Assembly (NCBI GenBank): GCA_964571595.1
Contig: CAZNCJ010000002.1
Coordinates: 13,321 to 77,320 of the forward strand
DNA length: 64,000 bases
Direction of reading: 5' to 3'
DNA from: an uncultured Caulobacterales bacterium
GTDB lineage: Bacteria > Pseudomonadota > Alphaproteobacteria > Caulobacterales > Maricaulaceae
The notes under the pieces were generated by a model. The model saw only the letters and a list, made by a program, of their open reading frames with translations. It was not told the origin of the DNA and ran no database searches. A program made the position numbers and the translations under genes. Within the stretch, counting starts at the first letter, position 1; every line of letters starts with the position of its first letter. This document shows positions 45,771 to 56,695 of this stretch, one piece after another.

Positions 45771-46502
45771 ATGTCATCTGATCTTGAAATTGCTATGTTC
45801 CCATGTCTGTCTGATAATTATGGATTTTTGATCCATGATCCGGTCTCGGGTCTGACAGCGGCGATTGACACGCCTGACCCTGACGAGATTTCACGTCAAT
45901 GCGAAGCGCGCGGTTGGAATTTAACTCATATCTGGAACACACATCACCACTTTGATCATACGGGTGGCAATATGGCTTTGAAAGACAAATGGGGGCTGGA
46001 GATTATAGGCCCAGCCCGCGATGCGGCGCGTATTTCGGGAATTGACCGATCGGTTGACGGAGGTGAGAGTTTTTTATTTGGAGAGCATAAAATCGAGGTT
46101 TTAGATACGCCGGGCCATACGAAACACCATAATGTTTATTACGTAAAAAGCGCACAGGCGGCCTTTGTTGGGGATACGATATTTGTCTTAGGTTGCGGGC
46201 GTTTATTTGAAGGCACGGCCCAGCAAATGTATGACAGTCTGGCCGCGATTTGTGCCTTACCTGAAGACACACGACTGTATTGCGCTCATGAATATACGCT
46301 CTCAAATGCCCGTTTTGCTATTACGGTGGAGCCTGAAAATCAGGATTTAAAAGCCTATATTGCCCATGCCAAAGCCTTGAGAGAGCAAAATTTGCCGACT
46401 GTCCCGACAACAATCGCTGCAGAAAAAGCCTCAAATCCCTTTGTCAGAGCGGCTTCTGCGGAAAGTTTAGGCGAAATTAGAGCTGCAAAAGACAGTTTTT
46501 GA
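45771..46502 (+). CDS. gloB: Hydroxyacylglutathione hydrolase (glyoxalase II)
   Basis: It has 'LSDNYGFLIHD', the metallo-beta-lactamase motif 'THHHFDHTGG', and 'NPFVR'. Confidence 0.9.
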   Translation: MSSDLEIAMFPCLSDNYGFLIHDPVSGLTAAIDTPDPDEISRQCEARGWNLTHIWNTHHHFDHTGGNMALKDKWGLEIIGPARDAARISGIDRSVDGGESFLFGEHKIEVLDTPGHTKHHNVYYVKSAQAAFVGDTIFVLGCGRLFEGTAQQMYDSLAAICALPEDTRLYCAHEYTLSNARFAITVEPENQDLKAYIAHAKALREQNLPTVPTTIAAEKASNPFVRAASAESLGEIRAAKDSF

Positions 46503-46694
46503 AGATTCGGTATATTTCTATTGCCTAAATCTAATATTAAATCTAACTTATGAGCGTCGATAGGCCGGATTAACAGGCAATTATGAGTACTCTCATTCAA
46601 AGACCTTGTCTTTGAGAAGTGGTGTAAGTGTATTTTTTTCCTTTTTATCGCACAGGGGCGAACACTTTGGTCGCTACCTATTGTTTAAGGAAAA
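46503..46694 (+). promoter_or_regulatory. Promoter region and long 5' UTR of the cold-shock gene
   Basis: This is a 192-nt AT-rich non-coding stretch with hairpins, for example caaaga/tctttg. Long structured leaders are typical of cspA-type genes. Confidence 0.4.
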
Positions 46695-46928
46695 ATGAGT
46701 ACAATGTCAGAAGAAATGCAAAAGGGAACTGTAAAGTTCTATAATGATAAAAAAGGTTACGGCTTTATCCAGCCTGAAAATGGGAGCGGTGATGTGTTTG
46801 TACATGCCACAGCTCTGCAACGTGGTGGATTGAACAGCCTGTCTGATGGACAAGTTGTTATGTTCAACACATCTATCAATGAACGCACAGGCAAAACGGC
46901 TGTTGACGCTATTTCGATAGCGGAATAG
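46695..46928 (+). CDS. cspA: Cold-shock protein (CspA family)
   Basis: It has the RNP1/RNP2 motifs 'KGYGFIQP' and 'VFVHATAL'. Confidence 0.9.
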   Translation: MSTMSEEMQKGTVKFYNDKKGYGFIQPENGSGDVFVHATALQRGGLNSLSDGQVVMFNTSINERTGKTAVDAISIAE

Positions 46929-47077
46929 CGAAAAGCCAACGCTTTTAGCGATTGGTTTAATTAAACCCGTATTTAAGTCTCCTATTGGTCATTTTAAGAT
47001 TGACCTGTACGGTGCGAGACGTAAATTGCGCTCCAAATAAACGTATAATCTGATAGGCCCCATTTCTGGGGCCTGTT

Positions 47078-47926
47078 GTGATATTGGAGCCAGATATGAA
47101 TACCAAATCTCTTGAAACCGCTATTAATGCGGCGTGGGAAGACCGCGCCGCTCTCTCGCCTTCTACCAAGGGGGAAGCGCGCGATGCGGTGGAAACAGCA
47201 ATTTTATCACTGGATGCAGGCGAATTGCGCGTTGCCAGTAAACAAGGGAGTGGTGACTGGGTCGCCCATGAGTGGCTCAAAAAGGCCGTGCTTTTAGGGT
47301 TTCGCTTACAGGCAAATAAAATTATGTCCGGCGGGCCGGATGCAGGAAATTGGTGGGATAAAGTCCCCAGCAAATTCCAAGGGTGGGACGAAACAGAATT
47401 TTCTCAAGCCGGATTTCGGGCTGTCCCCAATGCTGCGGTACGCCGCGGGGCTTATATCGCCCCTAATGCCGTGCTTATGCCGTCCTTTGTCAATATCGGG
47501 GCCTATGTCGATGAAGGCACTATGGTGGATACATGGACGACGGTTGGTTCATGCGCACAAATCGGTAAAAACTGCCACCTATCAGGCGGCGTCGGGATTG
47601 GTGGCGTGTTAGAGCCGTTACAAGCCACACCCGTTATTATAGAAGATAATTGTTTCATCGGCGCGCGCTCAGAAGTCGCAGAAGGCGTCATTGTGCGCGA
47701 AGGCGCTGTTTTGTCCATGGGTATGTTTTTATCACAATCTACCAAGATATTTAACCGACTAACCGGCGAAATTACTTACGGCGAAGTTCCGCCTTATTCT
47801 GTTGTTGTCCCCGGTAGCTTGCCATCCAAGGATGGTTCGCATAGCTTGGCTTGCGCGGTGATTGTTAAAATTGTAGACGCAAAAACTCGCAGTAAAACAG
47901 GTGTGAACGAGCTCCTGAGGGATTAG
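47078..47926 (+). CDS. dapD: 2,3,4,5-tetrahydropyridine-2,6-dicarboxylate N-succinyltransferase
   Basis: It has a DapD N-terminal domain and hexapeptide repeats ('[13 protein letters not shown]...[15 protein letters not shown]'). The start is probably ATG 47096. Confidence 0.9.
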   Translation: MILEPDMNTKSLETAINAAWEDRAALSPSTKGEARDAVETAILSLDAGELRVASKQGSGDWVAHEWLKKAVLLGFRLQANKIMSGGPDAGNWWDKVPSKFQGWDETEFSQAGFRAVPNAAVRRGAYIAPNAVLMPSFVNIGAYVDEGTMVDTWTTVGSCAQIGKNCHLSGGVGIGGVLEPLQATPVIIEDNCFIGARSEVAEGVIVREGAVLSMGMFLSQSTKIFNRLTGEITYGEVPPYSVVVPGSLPSKDGSHSLACAVIVKIVDAKTRSKTGVNELLRD

Positions 47927-47964
47927 TCTGATTTTCGTAAATCAATAGGAGAGACTGATAATAT

Positions 47965-49131
47965 ATGTCCAGCACCAGACATATCGACCCTGTTGACTTT
48001 GCCTGCGAGCTTATCCGCAAGCCCTCTGTCACGCCGCTTGATGCGGGTACATTAGGGCAATTACAAACCGCACTCGAAGATATGGGCTTTCAGTGTAAGC
48101 GTTACCCCTTTGGCGAAGGCGAAGAACGCGTTGACAATCTCTATGCCCGTTTAGGCACAAAGGCGCCTAATTTCTGTTTTGCGGGCCATGTTGATGTTGT
48201 CCCGGCAGGCGAGATTGAAAAATGGTCCGATGATCCTTTTGCCGGAACTGTAAAAGACGGCATGTTACGCGGGCGCGGTGCGGCGGATATGAAGGGGGCG
48301 ATCGCGGCTTTTGTCGGGGCTGTCTCGAGCTTAATAAGCTCAGATTGGCAGCCTAAAGGCTCTATCAGTTTTCTGATAACAGGCGATGAGGAAGGCCCAG
48401 CCCAGAACGGCACGCGTAAACTCTTACCTGCCATTGCCGCTGACGGAGAGGTTATTGATCACTGCCTTGTCGGGGAGCCGACAAATCCTGATATATTAGG
48501 CACAATGATAAAAAATGGTCGGCGCGGTTCAATTAATGCCGAGCTTGTGGTCAAAGGCAAGCAGGGACATGTCGCCTATCCGCACCGCGCAGAAAACCCA
48601 GTGCCTGTTATGCTCGGCATTTTATCAAAGCTGCAAGCCCGCCATCTGGATGACGGCTCTGAGTTTTTCCAGCCCTCCAATTTTGAGATTACGACAATAG
48701 ATGTAGGCAATCTCACGGAAAATATGATCCCCGAGACGGCGCGGGCGCGTTTGAATGTCCGCTTTAATATAAACCATACGGGGGTCAGCCTGTCTGAGTG
48801 GATTGAGAGCGTGATTGCAGATGCGCAGGAAAATTTTTCAGGCGAGATCACGGCTAATTTCCGCATAAGCGGGGAGAGCTTTTTAACCTCCCCCGGCAAG
48901 CTAACCGAAATAATGCAAAGCGCGATAAAGGATGTGACAGGCAGGGATGCTGAACTCTCGACATCAGGGGGCACCTCTGATGCGCGCTTTATTTCTGATT
49001 ACGCGCCAGTGGCTGAATTTGGCCTGGTCGGGGCGACAATGCACCAGATCGATGAGCATGTATCTGTGGAAGATATAAGGACGTTGTGCGAAATTTATGC
49101 CCGTATTTTGACGCTTTATTTCGAGGTGTAA
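47965..49131 (+). CDS. dapE: Succinyl-diaminopimelate desuccinylase
   Basis: It has the M20 peptidase motifs 'FAGHVDVVP' and 'ITGDEEG', and follows dapD. Confidence 0.9.
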   Translation: MSSTRHIDPVDFACELIRKPSVTPLDAGTLGQLQTALEDMGFQCKRYPFGEGEERVDNLYARLGTKAPNFCFAGHVDVVPAGEIEKWSDDPFAGTVKDGMLRGRGAADMKGAIAAFVGAVSSLISSDWQPKGSISFLITGDEEGPAQNGTRKLLPAIAADGEVIDHCLVGEPTNPDILGTMIKNGRRGSINAELVVKGKQGHVAYPHRAENPVPVMLGILSKLQARHLDDGSEFFQPSNFEITTIDVGNLTENMIPETARARLNVRFNINHTGVSLSEWIESVIADAQENFSGEITANFRISGESFLTSPGKLTEIMQSAIKDVTGRDAELSTSGGTSDARFISDYAPVAEFGLVGATMHQIDEHVSVEDIRTLCEIYARILTLYFEV

Positions 49132-49137
49132 CCCTGT

Positions 49138-49743
49138 ATGAATTTGGCCGCTTATTTAAATGGAAGCGTAAATGCCTTATTAGGTCTGGGTCAAAAGGGA
49201 GAGCAATGGCCCGTTTTTTTTGATCTTTCCCGCCGTGGTTTCAAGTTAAGTTTTTTGGCGGTTTTATTTACATTGGGTTGTTACTATATTTGCGGTTTGG
49301 GTTTGCAAAATGAGCGGGCTTTGCGCCTCTCTGAAGGCCTTGCGGAGCCGGCCACACCCCAGTCCATACCCCTTGCCGTCTTCTTTTTACTTGCCGCGCT
49401 TTACGCCCTGACCTTTGTGGGCTGTGCTTATATTTTGACTATGGTTTTCGATAAACAGGACAGGTTTAGGCCTTGGGTGATTGTGCGCCATTGGAGTGTG
49501 TTTTTTGTCGCTTTGTTTGTAGCTTTCTTATTTGCGCTCTATCTTTATGCGGGACTACCCTTTGGCGTAGTCAACATGCTGGCCTTGATTGCATATTTAA
49601 GCCTGCTGGCGATTGATATTCGCTTGGCACAGAAAATTGCCGGATTTGATTGGGGCGGCGCGATATTGACGGGTTGTGTTATTCACGGCATGTCTCTGAC
49701 TGTCATTGTTGCGGGTGCGGCCCATATTCAACAAGGCCTTTAG
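49138..49743 (+). CDS. Hypothetical integral membrane protein
   Basis: It has 5-6 hydrophobic helices and begins 6 nt after dapE. I recognised no family. Confidence 0.5.
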   Translation: MNLAAYLNGSVNALLGLGQKGEQWPVFFDLSRRGFKLSFLAVLFTLGCYYICGLGLQNERALRLSEGLAEPATPQSIPLAVFFLLAALYALTFVGCAYILTMVFDKQDRFRPWVIVRHWSVFFVALFVAFLFALYLYAGLPFGVVNMLALIAYLSLLAIDIRLAQKIAGFDWGGAILTGCVIHGMSLTVIVAGAAHIQQGL

Positions 49744-49759
49744 AGTATAGCTGAGGGGT

Positions 49760-50164
49760 TCATACCTCAGTGTCGAGGCTTTCCAAATAATCGATCAAAA
49801 GTTTCACATTCCGGTTATTGGCTTGCCAGCCCATATCAAACAGATCCCCTAAGAGCGGCACAAGCCCGATAAGCCAGTCTATCCCGACATTAAACATCAT
49901 GCGCCGAATAAGAGGTTTTTCAACACCCAGCCGCATGGCTTGGGTGATGATATAGGCGGAGACGCCCAATCCGGCCGTATCCCCAATGCCGGGAATAAGG
50001 CCGATAATCGTATCAATTCCTAAACGCACAGGCAGGCCCGGAATTTTAAACCGGCTATCCATGAGATCAGCCAGTCGGGCGAGTTGCTCAATCTGGGCTT
50101 GAACTTTCTCATCCGTGTCAGTTTTCTGCGTTTTGGCAGTATTTTTATTGATCTTGACAATCAT
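49760..50164 (-). CDS. DUF4112-domain membrane protein
   Basis: 'FKIPGLPVRLGIDTIIGLIPGIGD' and 'GLVPLLGDLFDMGWQANNRN' match DUF4112 as I recall it. Confidence 0.7.
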   Translation of the reverse strand: MIVKINKNTAKTQKTDTDEKVQAQIEQLARLADLMDSRFKIPGLPVRLGIDTIIGLIPGIGDTAGLGVSAYIITQAMRLGVEKPLIRRMMFNVGIDWLIGLVPLLGDLFDMGWQANNRNVKLLIDYLESLDTEV

Positions 50165-50210
50165 AAAATCAGCCTACCTATTGGCGGGATAAAAACAAAG
50201 GGAGATAAAC

Positions 50211-50597
50211 ATGACAACTGAATTACAAATGGTGGTGTATAGCGCGCTCATCCTAATCGGGCTAATCGCCATACAAGGCACAGCCGGATTACTTAAAAAC
50301 GGTATAGGCTGGGGCCTTGGAAACCGCGAAGACCAAGGTGATATGACGCCTCTGCGCGGGCGGGTAAAACGCGCGATTGCCAATCAAATCGAAGCTATGT
50401 TGATGTTCGTACCGCTGGCCTTGGCCGTGCATCTAGTCGGCGGATCCACAAAGACAACAGCAATGGCTGCGACCATATTTGTGCTGGCGCGTCTGGCCTA
50501 TGCGATCACTTATGTTTTGGGTATAAAAGTCTTGAGAACACTTGTCTGGGCGGTTGGTCTGTTTGCAACATTTGCCTTGATACCGGGTCTTATCTAA
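50211..50597 (+). CDS. MAPEG-family membrane protein
   Basis: The 128-aa protein has 3-4 TM helices and the stretch '[18 protein letters not shown]', which is typical of bacterial MAPEG proteins. Confidence 0.65.
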   Translation: MTTELQMVVYSALILIGLIAIQGTAGLLKNGIGWGLGNREDQGDMTPLRGRVKRAIANQIEAMLMFVPLALAVHLVGGSTKTTAMAATIFVLARLAYAITYVLGIKVLRTLVWAVGLFATFALIPGLI

Positions 50598-51340
50598 GAC
50601 TTATCATAAGCGACGCTGACAAGGTAAAGCCCGTCCGGCGGGGCCACGGGGCCGCAAGCCGAGCGGGTTTTAGCCGCAAGGGCGTCTTTAACATCGGCCT
50701 TACTCCATTGACCGCGCCCGACTTCGGCAAGTGTGCCCACAAAGCTGCGCACTTGTTTGTGCAAAAAGGAGCGGGCTTTTAGCGTTACATGTATTTCTTG
50801 GGCGGCGCGCAAGACTATAATCTCATCAATGGTTTTAACGGGCGACTTGGCCTGACATTGCGTATCCCGAAATGTCGTAAAATCATGCTGGCCGAGGAAA
50901 ATTTGCGCGGCGTCGTGCATGAGATCAGCATCTAGTTTTTGCGGTATTCGCCAGACCCGCCCGCGCTCTAGGGCCAATTTGGGCCGTCTGTCTATCAGGC
51001 GGTAAAGATAGCGCCGCTCTGTCGCATCAAAGCGGGCGTGAAAATCATCACCCACTTTTTGGGCATTCAAAACCGTGACGGGATTATCTTTAAGATGAAA
51101 ATTGAGCGCGTCGCGGACTTTGTCTTCTCTGATGTCTTTGACCAGATCTGTATGGGCGATTTGGCCCAGCGCATGTACGCCGCTATCTGTGCGCCCAGAG
51201 CCGTAAACTTCCGCGAACTCTCCGTTTAAAGCCTCAACAGCCTTTTCCATAACACCCTGCACGCTGGGTTGATCATCCTGCCATTGCCATCCGCGAAAAG
51301 GCGCGCCGTCATATTCTATGGTGAGCTTATAGCGCGGCAT
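50594..51340 (-). CDS. truA: tRNA pseudouridine(38-40) synthase
   Basis: It has '[14 protein letters not shown]' with the catalytic Asp. The start overlaps the fmt stop (TAATG). Confidence 0.9.
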   Translation of the reverse strand: MPRYKLTIEYDGAPFRGWQWQDDQPSVQGVMEKAVEALNGEFAEVYGSGRTDSGVHALGQIAHTDLVKDIREDKVRDALNFHLKDNPVTVLNAQKVGDDFHARFDATERRYLYRLIDRRPKLALERGRVWRIPQKLDADLMHDAAQIFLGQHDFTTFRDTQCQAKSPVKTIDEIIVLRAAQEIHVTLKARSFLHKQVRSFVGTLAEVGRGQWSKADVKDALAAKTRSACGPVAPPDGLYLVSVAYDKS

Positions 51341-52257
51341 TAGCTAAGCTGAGTGCCTTTGGCGATTTGGGTGCCGCGTAAAAAATCCTCGGCTTTCATT
51401 TTGGCTTTCCCGGCGGGTTGTACTTCTAACAATCTAAGCGCCCCAGTGCCGCAGGCAACCAGGCCGTTACTGTCCAAAACTTCTCCAGCTTTGCCTGCTC
51501 CGCTTTCGGGACTTGCCAGATGTACTTTCACCCGCTTCCCGCCGATTTCACACCACGCACCGGGAAAGGGCGAAAGCCCGCGAATATGAAAATCTAGGTC
51601 TTGGGCCAGGCGAGACCAGTCAATACGGGCTTCAGCCTTGTCGATCTTTTTGGCATAATTTGGTGTGCCGCTTTGTGGTGTCGGATTAAGGCCGCCGCGC
51701 GATAAGGCCGCCAGCGTGCGTGACCACATACCGGCCCCAATGCGTGAAAGCTTGTCTGAGAGACGACCGGCCGTATCTGTTTGTTCTATAGCGACGATTT
51801 CAGAGAGTAAAATATCCCCGCTATCCAGCCCCTTTGCCATTTGCATGATCTGGACACCTGTCTGTGTGTCGCCCGCCATAATCGCGCGCTGCACGGGGGC
51901 CGCTCCGCGCCAACGCGGCAAGAGCGAGGCATGTAAGTTTAAGCATCCATAATGCGGGGCGTTAAGGGCGCGCTCTGGTAGGATTTGCCCATAAGCCACC
52001 ACGCAGGCGACATCAGCCTTAAGGCTCTCAAGTCCGTCAATGACTGAGGGCTTACGAAAGCTTTCAGGTGTGATGACATTAAGCCCCATGATTTCGGCAA
52101 ATTGGTGCACAGGAGATTTTGTCAGTTTTTTGCCGCGTCCAGACGGGCGGGGCGGTTGGGTGTAAACCGCGATAACCTCATGGCCAGCGGAAAGGATTTC
52201 TGCCAGAGACGGCACGGCAAAGTCCGGTGTGCCCATAAAGACGATACGCAAGGTCAT
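51340..52257 (-). CDS. fmt: Methionyl-tRNA formyltransferase
   Basis: It has '[14 protein letters not shown]' and '[20 protein letters not shown]'. Confidence 0.95.
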   Translation of the reverse strand: MTLRIVFMGTPDFAVPSLAEILSAGHEVIAVYTQPPRPSGRGKKLTKSPVHQFAEIMGLNVITPESFRKPSVIDGLESLKADVACVVAYGQILPERALNAPHYGCLNLHASLLPRWRGAAPVQRAIMAGDTQTGVQIMQMAKGLDSGDILLSEIVAIEQTDTAGRLSDKLSRIGAGMWSRTLAALSRGGLNPTPQSGTPNYAKKIDKAEARIDWSRLAQDLDFHIRGLSPFPGAWCEIGGKRVKVHLASPESGAGKAGEVLDSNGLVACGTGALRLLEVQPAGKAKMKAEDFLRGTQIAKGTQLS

Positions 52258-52817
52258 TAGCCTACGGGCTGTAATTTAAGAGATTTCTGTACTTTTTTAA
52301 CAGCGCGTTGGCGTTTCAGCCGCGAGAGATGGTCTATAAAGACAACACCGTTTAAATGGTCCATTTCGTGTTGAATACAGACCGCATAAAGCCCTTCGGC
52401 CCATTCAGTGACGGGCTTGCCATTATAGTCCAGATATTTCAGCTTAACCCGCTCGGGGCGCTCAATCGTATCAAACACTTCAGGGATAGACAGACAGCCT
52501 TCTTCATAGGGTTTGAGGTCTTCGACAGTTTCAAGGATTTCAGGATTGACAAAATATTGCGGTTTTTTGTCTTCGCCTTCGCGGGCAAGGTCCATGACGA
52601 TCACATTTAAAGGCACACCGATTTGAATGGCGGCCAGCCCGATACCGGGGGCGTCATACATTGTTTCAAGCATATCATCCATGAGTGCCCGCGTTTCGTC
52701 CGTGACAGTTTTCACAGGTTTCGAGACCTGTTTGAGCACCGGATTTGGAACGGTTAATATGGGTCGTATAGCCATGAGTGCTAGATAAGGGGGCGCGGGT
52801 TCAGGGTCAAGAGCCAA
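52257..52817 (-). CDS. def: Peptide deformylase
   Basis: It has the motifs '[10 protein letters not shown]', 'EGCLS' and 'QHEMDHL'. The start is probably 'MAIRPIL' at 52775. Confidence 0.95.
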   Translation of the reverse strand: MALDPEPAPPYLALMAIRPILTVPNPVLKQVSKPVKTVTDETRALMDDMLETMYDAPGIGLAAIQIGVPLNVIVMDLAREGEDKKPQYFVNPEILETVEDLKPYEEGCLSIPEVFDTIERPERVKLKYLDYNGKPVTEWAEGLYAVCIQHEMDHLNGVVFIDHLSRLKRQRAVKKVQKSLKLQPVG

Positions 52818-52837
52818 GAAAGCGCGAAGCGTGGGTG

Positions 52838-53872
52838 TTAAGCTTCGCTGCTAAGCTGGTCGATAAAGGCTTTCACTTGATCCGGGTCTGTGGCCCATGA
52901 CGTCACCATACGAATAACGCTATGTTTATTTTCAAGACCTTCCCATATGTAAAAGTCGAAATTTTCTCGCAAGTGTGCAATTAAATTATCAGGTAAAATC
53001 GGAAAGAGTTGATTGGTTTGGGTGGGATTGGCAAAGTCAAATCCGGTTTTTATGAAGGCGCTTGAGAGCTGGGCGGCAAGTGTGTTGGCTTTACGTGAGG
53101 CGCGGAAAAAAAGATCATCTTCAAACAGAGTTTTAAATTGTAACCCCAAGAGCCGTCCTTTTGCCAGCAGCGCGCCTTTTTGTTTGACGTGAAATCCGAA
53201 ATCTACTGCCAAGTCGGGATTGGGAATGACGATTGCTTCGCCTAACAGCGTCCCTGCTTTTGTACCGCCAATCCAGAACATATCACTGAAACGGGCAATG
53301 TCGGCCAAGTTCAGATCGTTTTGGCGCGCGCTTAACGCCACGCCTAATCTGGCCCCGTCAATGAAAAGTAAGAGCCCATGTGCGCGGCATATCTCGGATA
53401 AGGCAGCCACCTCAGACTTGGTATAAATAAGCCCTGTTTCTGTAGCATTGGAAATATAGACCATGCGCGGCTTGGCCATATGCACACCGTGTGTGTTCTG
53501 TGTCAATGTGCTTTGGACAAGGGCGGGTGTGAGCTTGCCGTCAGGGCTTTGCACGCCAATAATTTTGTGACCAGTGGCCTCAATAGCCCCCGTTTCTCGT
53601 CTTGCAATATGACCTGAGCTTGCCGAGATAACGGCCTCGTGCGGACGCAAGATGCTAGAAATCATAATCAGATTGGCAAGCGTGCCGCCCGCAACGAAGA
53701 AAATTTCGGCTTTGGGGGATTGAATTTCATCCCTGATCAGCTCTCTGGCTTTGTTTGAATATTCATCATAGCCATAGGCTTTGGACTGTATAAAATTTGT
53801 GTCTTGAAGGGCGCGTAAAATTTCAGGGTGGCAACCCTCGCTGTAATCATCCAAAAAGCTATAGCGGTTCAT
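52838..53872 (-). CDS. ltaE: Low-specificity L-threonine aldolase family PLP enzyme
   Basis: The N-terminal '[14 protein letters not shown]...AYGYDEY' pattern resembles the Pseudomonas-type LtaE. A PLP-fold lysine region 'GGTKAG' is present. Confidence 0.7.
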   Translation of the reverse strand: MNRYSFLDDYSEGCHPEILRALQDTNFIQSKAYGYDEYSNKARELIRDEIQSPKAEIFFVAGGTLANLIMISSILRPHEAVISASSGHIARRETGAIEATGHKIIGVQSPDGKLTPALVQSTLTQNTHGVHMAKPRMVYISNATETGLIYTKSEVAALSEICRAHGLLLFIDGARLGVALSARQNDLNLADIARFSDMFWIGGTKAGTLLGEAIVIPNPDLAVDFGFHVKQKGALLAKGRLLGLQFKTLFEDDLFFRASRKANTLAAQLSSAFIKTGFDFANPTQTNQLFPILPDNLIAHLRENFDFYIWEGLENKHSVIRMVTSWATDPDQVKAFIDQLSSEA

Positions 53873-53891
53873 TTTACGATTTTCGTTTCTG

Positions 53892-54635
53892 CTAGGGTAT
53901 ATGCGTGGCGGTATGGCGGATCAGCCAATCTGTCAGATCATGTGTGGCGGCATCAATCCAATTGGCGTTACTGTCTTTATTGGCGGGGCGTTTATCTTTT
54001 GGGATATGGCTCCAATTTTCATCAGAGGTTATTAAAACCGTTTTCATGCCGAGAGTTTTAGGTACTTGCAGATTTGAGGGACTGTCTTCAAACATTATCG
54101 CTGTTTGTGGCTGAATATCGAATTGATCGCAAAATATGCGGTAGGGGTCGTGTTTGGGCTTAGGAATATAATTCGCATCTTCAATGCCAAAACTCCCATC
54201 AAAAAGATCCCAGAGATTAAGATGCCCTGCCACATTATGGGCATGGGCTTTAGAGCCATTGGTAAAAATAAACTTCCGCCCTGGTAGGTTTTTTATCACA
54301 TCGCGCAGGGCAGGCTCGGGGGCCAGCGCCGTTAAGTCCACGTCATGGACGTAAGCTAAAAAATCTTCTGGGTCCATATTATTGACTTTGATTAAGCCAG
54401 ACAGAGTTGTACCGTATTCCACCCAATAATCTTGGCGAATCTTTGTTGCTTCTTGTGTCGAAATATTGAGATAGCGCTCAATATAGGCTGTCATTTTTCG
54501 GTCAATTTGAGAGAAGAATTGGGAGTCTGCGCGGTAGAGCGTATTGTCCAGATCAAACACCCAATTTTCGATATGTTGGATATCCAGCACGGCGATTATC
54601 CTCTTAGCGCCGTAGGCCCGATTGGGTCGGGGCAC
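53892..54635 (-). CDS. HAD-family pyrimidine 5'-nucleotidase
   Basis: It has HAD motif I 'WVFDLDNTLY' and 'FTNGSKAHA'. The start may be the GTG at about 54590, which would remove the overlap with the upstream gene. Confidence 0.7.
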   Translation of the reverse strand: MPRPNRAYGAKRIIAVLDIQHIENWVFDLDNTLYRADSQFFSQIDRKMTAYIERYLNISTQEATKIRQDYWVEYGTTLSGLIKVNNMDPEDFLAYVHDVDLTALAPEPALRDVIKNLPGRKFIFTNGSKAHAHNVAGHLNLWDLFDGSFGIEDANYIPKPKHDPYRIFCDQFDIQPQTAIMFEDSPSNLQVPKTLGMKTVLITSDENWSHIPKDKRPANKDSNANWIDAATHDLTDWLIRHTATHIP

Positions 54636-55794
54636 TAAAATCTGATTCTGTAAGGGAAAGTTTTTGGCCGGTTTTGTCTGTCACAAGCGGTCTAAAGGAT
54701 GCCGGGATATAGCCTCGGTCTGTGCAATATTCCCGACCAATAGCAGCAAAACGCGATTCAGCTATGCAAAATTGTGCAGGCTTTGGCGTTACATTGCGTA
54801 AATGTTTGTCGGGTAGGGGCCCCGTTTCATCTTCGCCTTGCTCCTGCCTTGCATAAAAATGAGCGTCACTTCCTCTCAGACTATCCGTAAAGGGACGCAA
54901 ACAATCATCAACTGATACGGGCCACCAGCCCTGTGATTCCCATTGACCATCATCCCGAAAGGCAATGGCTGTCCATATTTTAGACTTTGTCTTATTGCAA
55001 AAGGTCAAGCCGATAGTGTCTTGAGAGGATTGCGCTGTCTTTGCCAGGAGGTCTATTTTTTTTGTATTGGGGATGGAATTGGATTCATTATGTTCCTTGA
55101 GATAATTACGCAATGTGCGCGAAGTCCGCCGTCCCATAATGCCGTCAATGCGCGAAATCCTATAACCATTATCCCGCAAGAGACGTTGGATGCCTGCATT
55201 TTCAGCCTTTTCGTTAAAATTATCAGGCTCGATTAATGTCGTGGTTTTTTCTGTCGGGTCTACCGGGAAAAAAAGGCGGGTTCCCATATCTTGTAAGGCA
55301 CAATCTATTGTCGCATCTGCTTTAAAATCCGTATCTTGCGCGCAAAGGGGTACACTTCCTTTCCACTCCCTTATACCGCCAAGGTGGACGGGGGCGCTTT
55401 CCGCAAAGACGTAACGCGGTGATCCGGGTGGGGCGTCAATATCTTCACAAGCCCCTGGGCGCAATTGTGACCAGCCCTTGGGTGTCATTTTACCCTCTCT
55501 GATCGCGGCTGTGGCCAAGCGGATTATAAAGGAGGTTTCATTGCAAACCTTCCACTCACTTAAGTTTGCGGGGCTAAGATTTTCGGGATTGGAATTTTCA
55601 GAACCAGAATTTGTCGTGGACAGAAGCTCTTCAGCCGTTTGCGCGCTGAGTGTTTGGGCTCCGCCAGCAATTGTGAGAGATAGCGCCAAACTTCTCAACA
55701 GCCCTCTTAAGCGTGGTTCGGATTTCCATATGCCCGTGGTTGTCACGGGTAGGTTTAGCGAATTGCCTATATGTCTGGAGGCCGCATCAAGCAT
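54604..55794 (-). CDS. Secreted protein with DUF1036, a peptidoglycan-binding domain and a second DUF1036
   Basis: The two DUF1036-like units are 'WKVCNETSFIIRLATAA...GWSQLRPGACEDI' and 'LTFCNKTKSKIWTAIAF...GWWPVSVDDC'. They flank a PG_binding_1-like 'IQRLLRDNGYRISRIDGIMGRRT'. Confidence 0.65.
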   Translation of the reverse strand: MLDAASRHIGNSLNLPVTTTGIWKSEPRLRGLLRSLALSLTIAGGAQTLSAQTAEELLSTTNSGSENSNPENLSPANLSEWKVCNETSFIIRLATAAIREGKMTPKGWSQLRPGACEDIDAPPGSPRYVFAESAPVHLGGIREWKGSVPLCAQDTDFKADATIDCALQDMGTRLFFPVDPTEKTTTLIEPDNFNEKAENAGIQRLLRDNGYRISRIDGIMGRRTSRTLRNYLKEHNESNSIPNTKKIDLLAKTAQSSQDTIGLTFCNKTKSKIWTAIAFRDDGQWESQGWWPVSVDDCLRPFTDSLRGSDAHFYARQEQGEDETGPLPDKHLRNVTPKPAQFCIAESRFAAIGREYCTDRGYIPASFRPLVTDKTGQKLSLTESDFSAPTQSGLRR

Positions 55795-56651
55795 TATTCA
55801 ATGAGGGTTCCTGCGCCTTGATCTGTAAATAATTCCACCAAGAGGCTATGGGCGCGGCGACCGCTTAGGATAACCGCAGCATCAACGCCGTCTTGCGTGG
55901 CTTTTAAGGCTGTTTCCAATTTGGGTATCATCCCGCCTTTGGCTGTTCCGTCTTTGATCAAGGCTTGAATGTCTTTTTTATTTAAGCGAGTCAGAAGTTC
56001 CCCGTCTTCATTCATCACGCCGTTTACATCGGTCAGTAACATCAGGCGAACGGCTCCCAGCGCGCTGGCTAACACACCCGCTGCGGTATCTGCATTGACG
56101 TTAAATGTGGTGGCATCCTCTCCGCCGCTAATCGGGGAGATAACCGGAGTGAAACCGGAGCTGGTCAAGCTGTCAATAACATCGACATTTGTGGCTATAG
56201 GGGTTCCGGCAAAGCCGTGGGTTTGGCTAATAGCTTTGGCAGTGATGAGATTAGCATCCTTACCTGATAGTCCCACGGCCTGACCGCCCGCCATATTTAT
56301 GGCCTGCACAATGGATTTATTTATCGCGCCCGATAAAACCATTTCGGCAACTTCCACAGTTTCTATGTCCGAGACACGCAAGCCATCAATAAACTCACTT
56401 TCGATAGAAAGCCGTTTTAGCATAGAGCCGATTTGCGGCCCGCCGCCATGGACAATAACAGGGCGAATACCAAATTGCTGGAGTAAAACAATATCATTGG
56501 CAAATTGCCGGGTCAGCTCGGCGTCCCCCATAGCGTGACCACCAAATTTTATGACAATCGTGCGTTTTGCGTAACGCTGTATAAAGGGCAGGGCTTCGGA
56601 AAGCGTTTGGGCGCTTTTCCATCCTGTTTCATTTTCGCGGCGTTTGAGCAT
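55794..56651 (-). CDS. argB: Acetylglutamate kinase
   Basis: It has 'IVIKFGGHAM', 'VIVHGGGPQI' and 'NVNADTAAG'. Confidence 0.95.
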   Translation of the reverse strand: MLKRRENETGWKSAQTLSEALPFIQRYAKRTIVIKFGGHAMGDAELTRQFANDIVLLQQFGIRPVIVHGGGPQIGSMLKRLSIESEFIDGLRVSDIETVEVAEMVLSGAINKSIVQAINMAGGQAVGLSGKDANLITAKAISQTHGFAGTPIATNVDVIDSLTSSGFTPVISPISGGEDATTFNVNADTAAGVLASALGAVRLMLLTDVNGVMNEDGELLTRLNKKDIQALIKDGTAKGGMIPKLETALKATQDGVDAAVILSGRRAHSLLVELFTDQGAGTLIE

Positions 56652-56695
56652 TTTAACGTCCCTGGGGGTATATTCGATTATAACTGATTCTCTTA

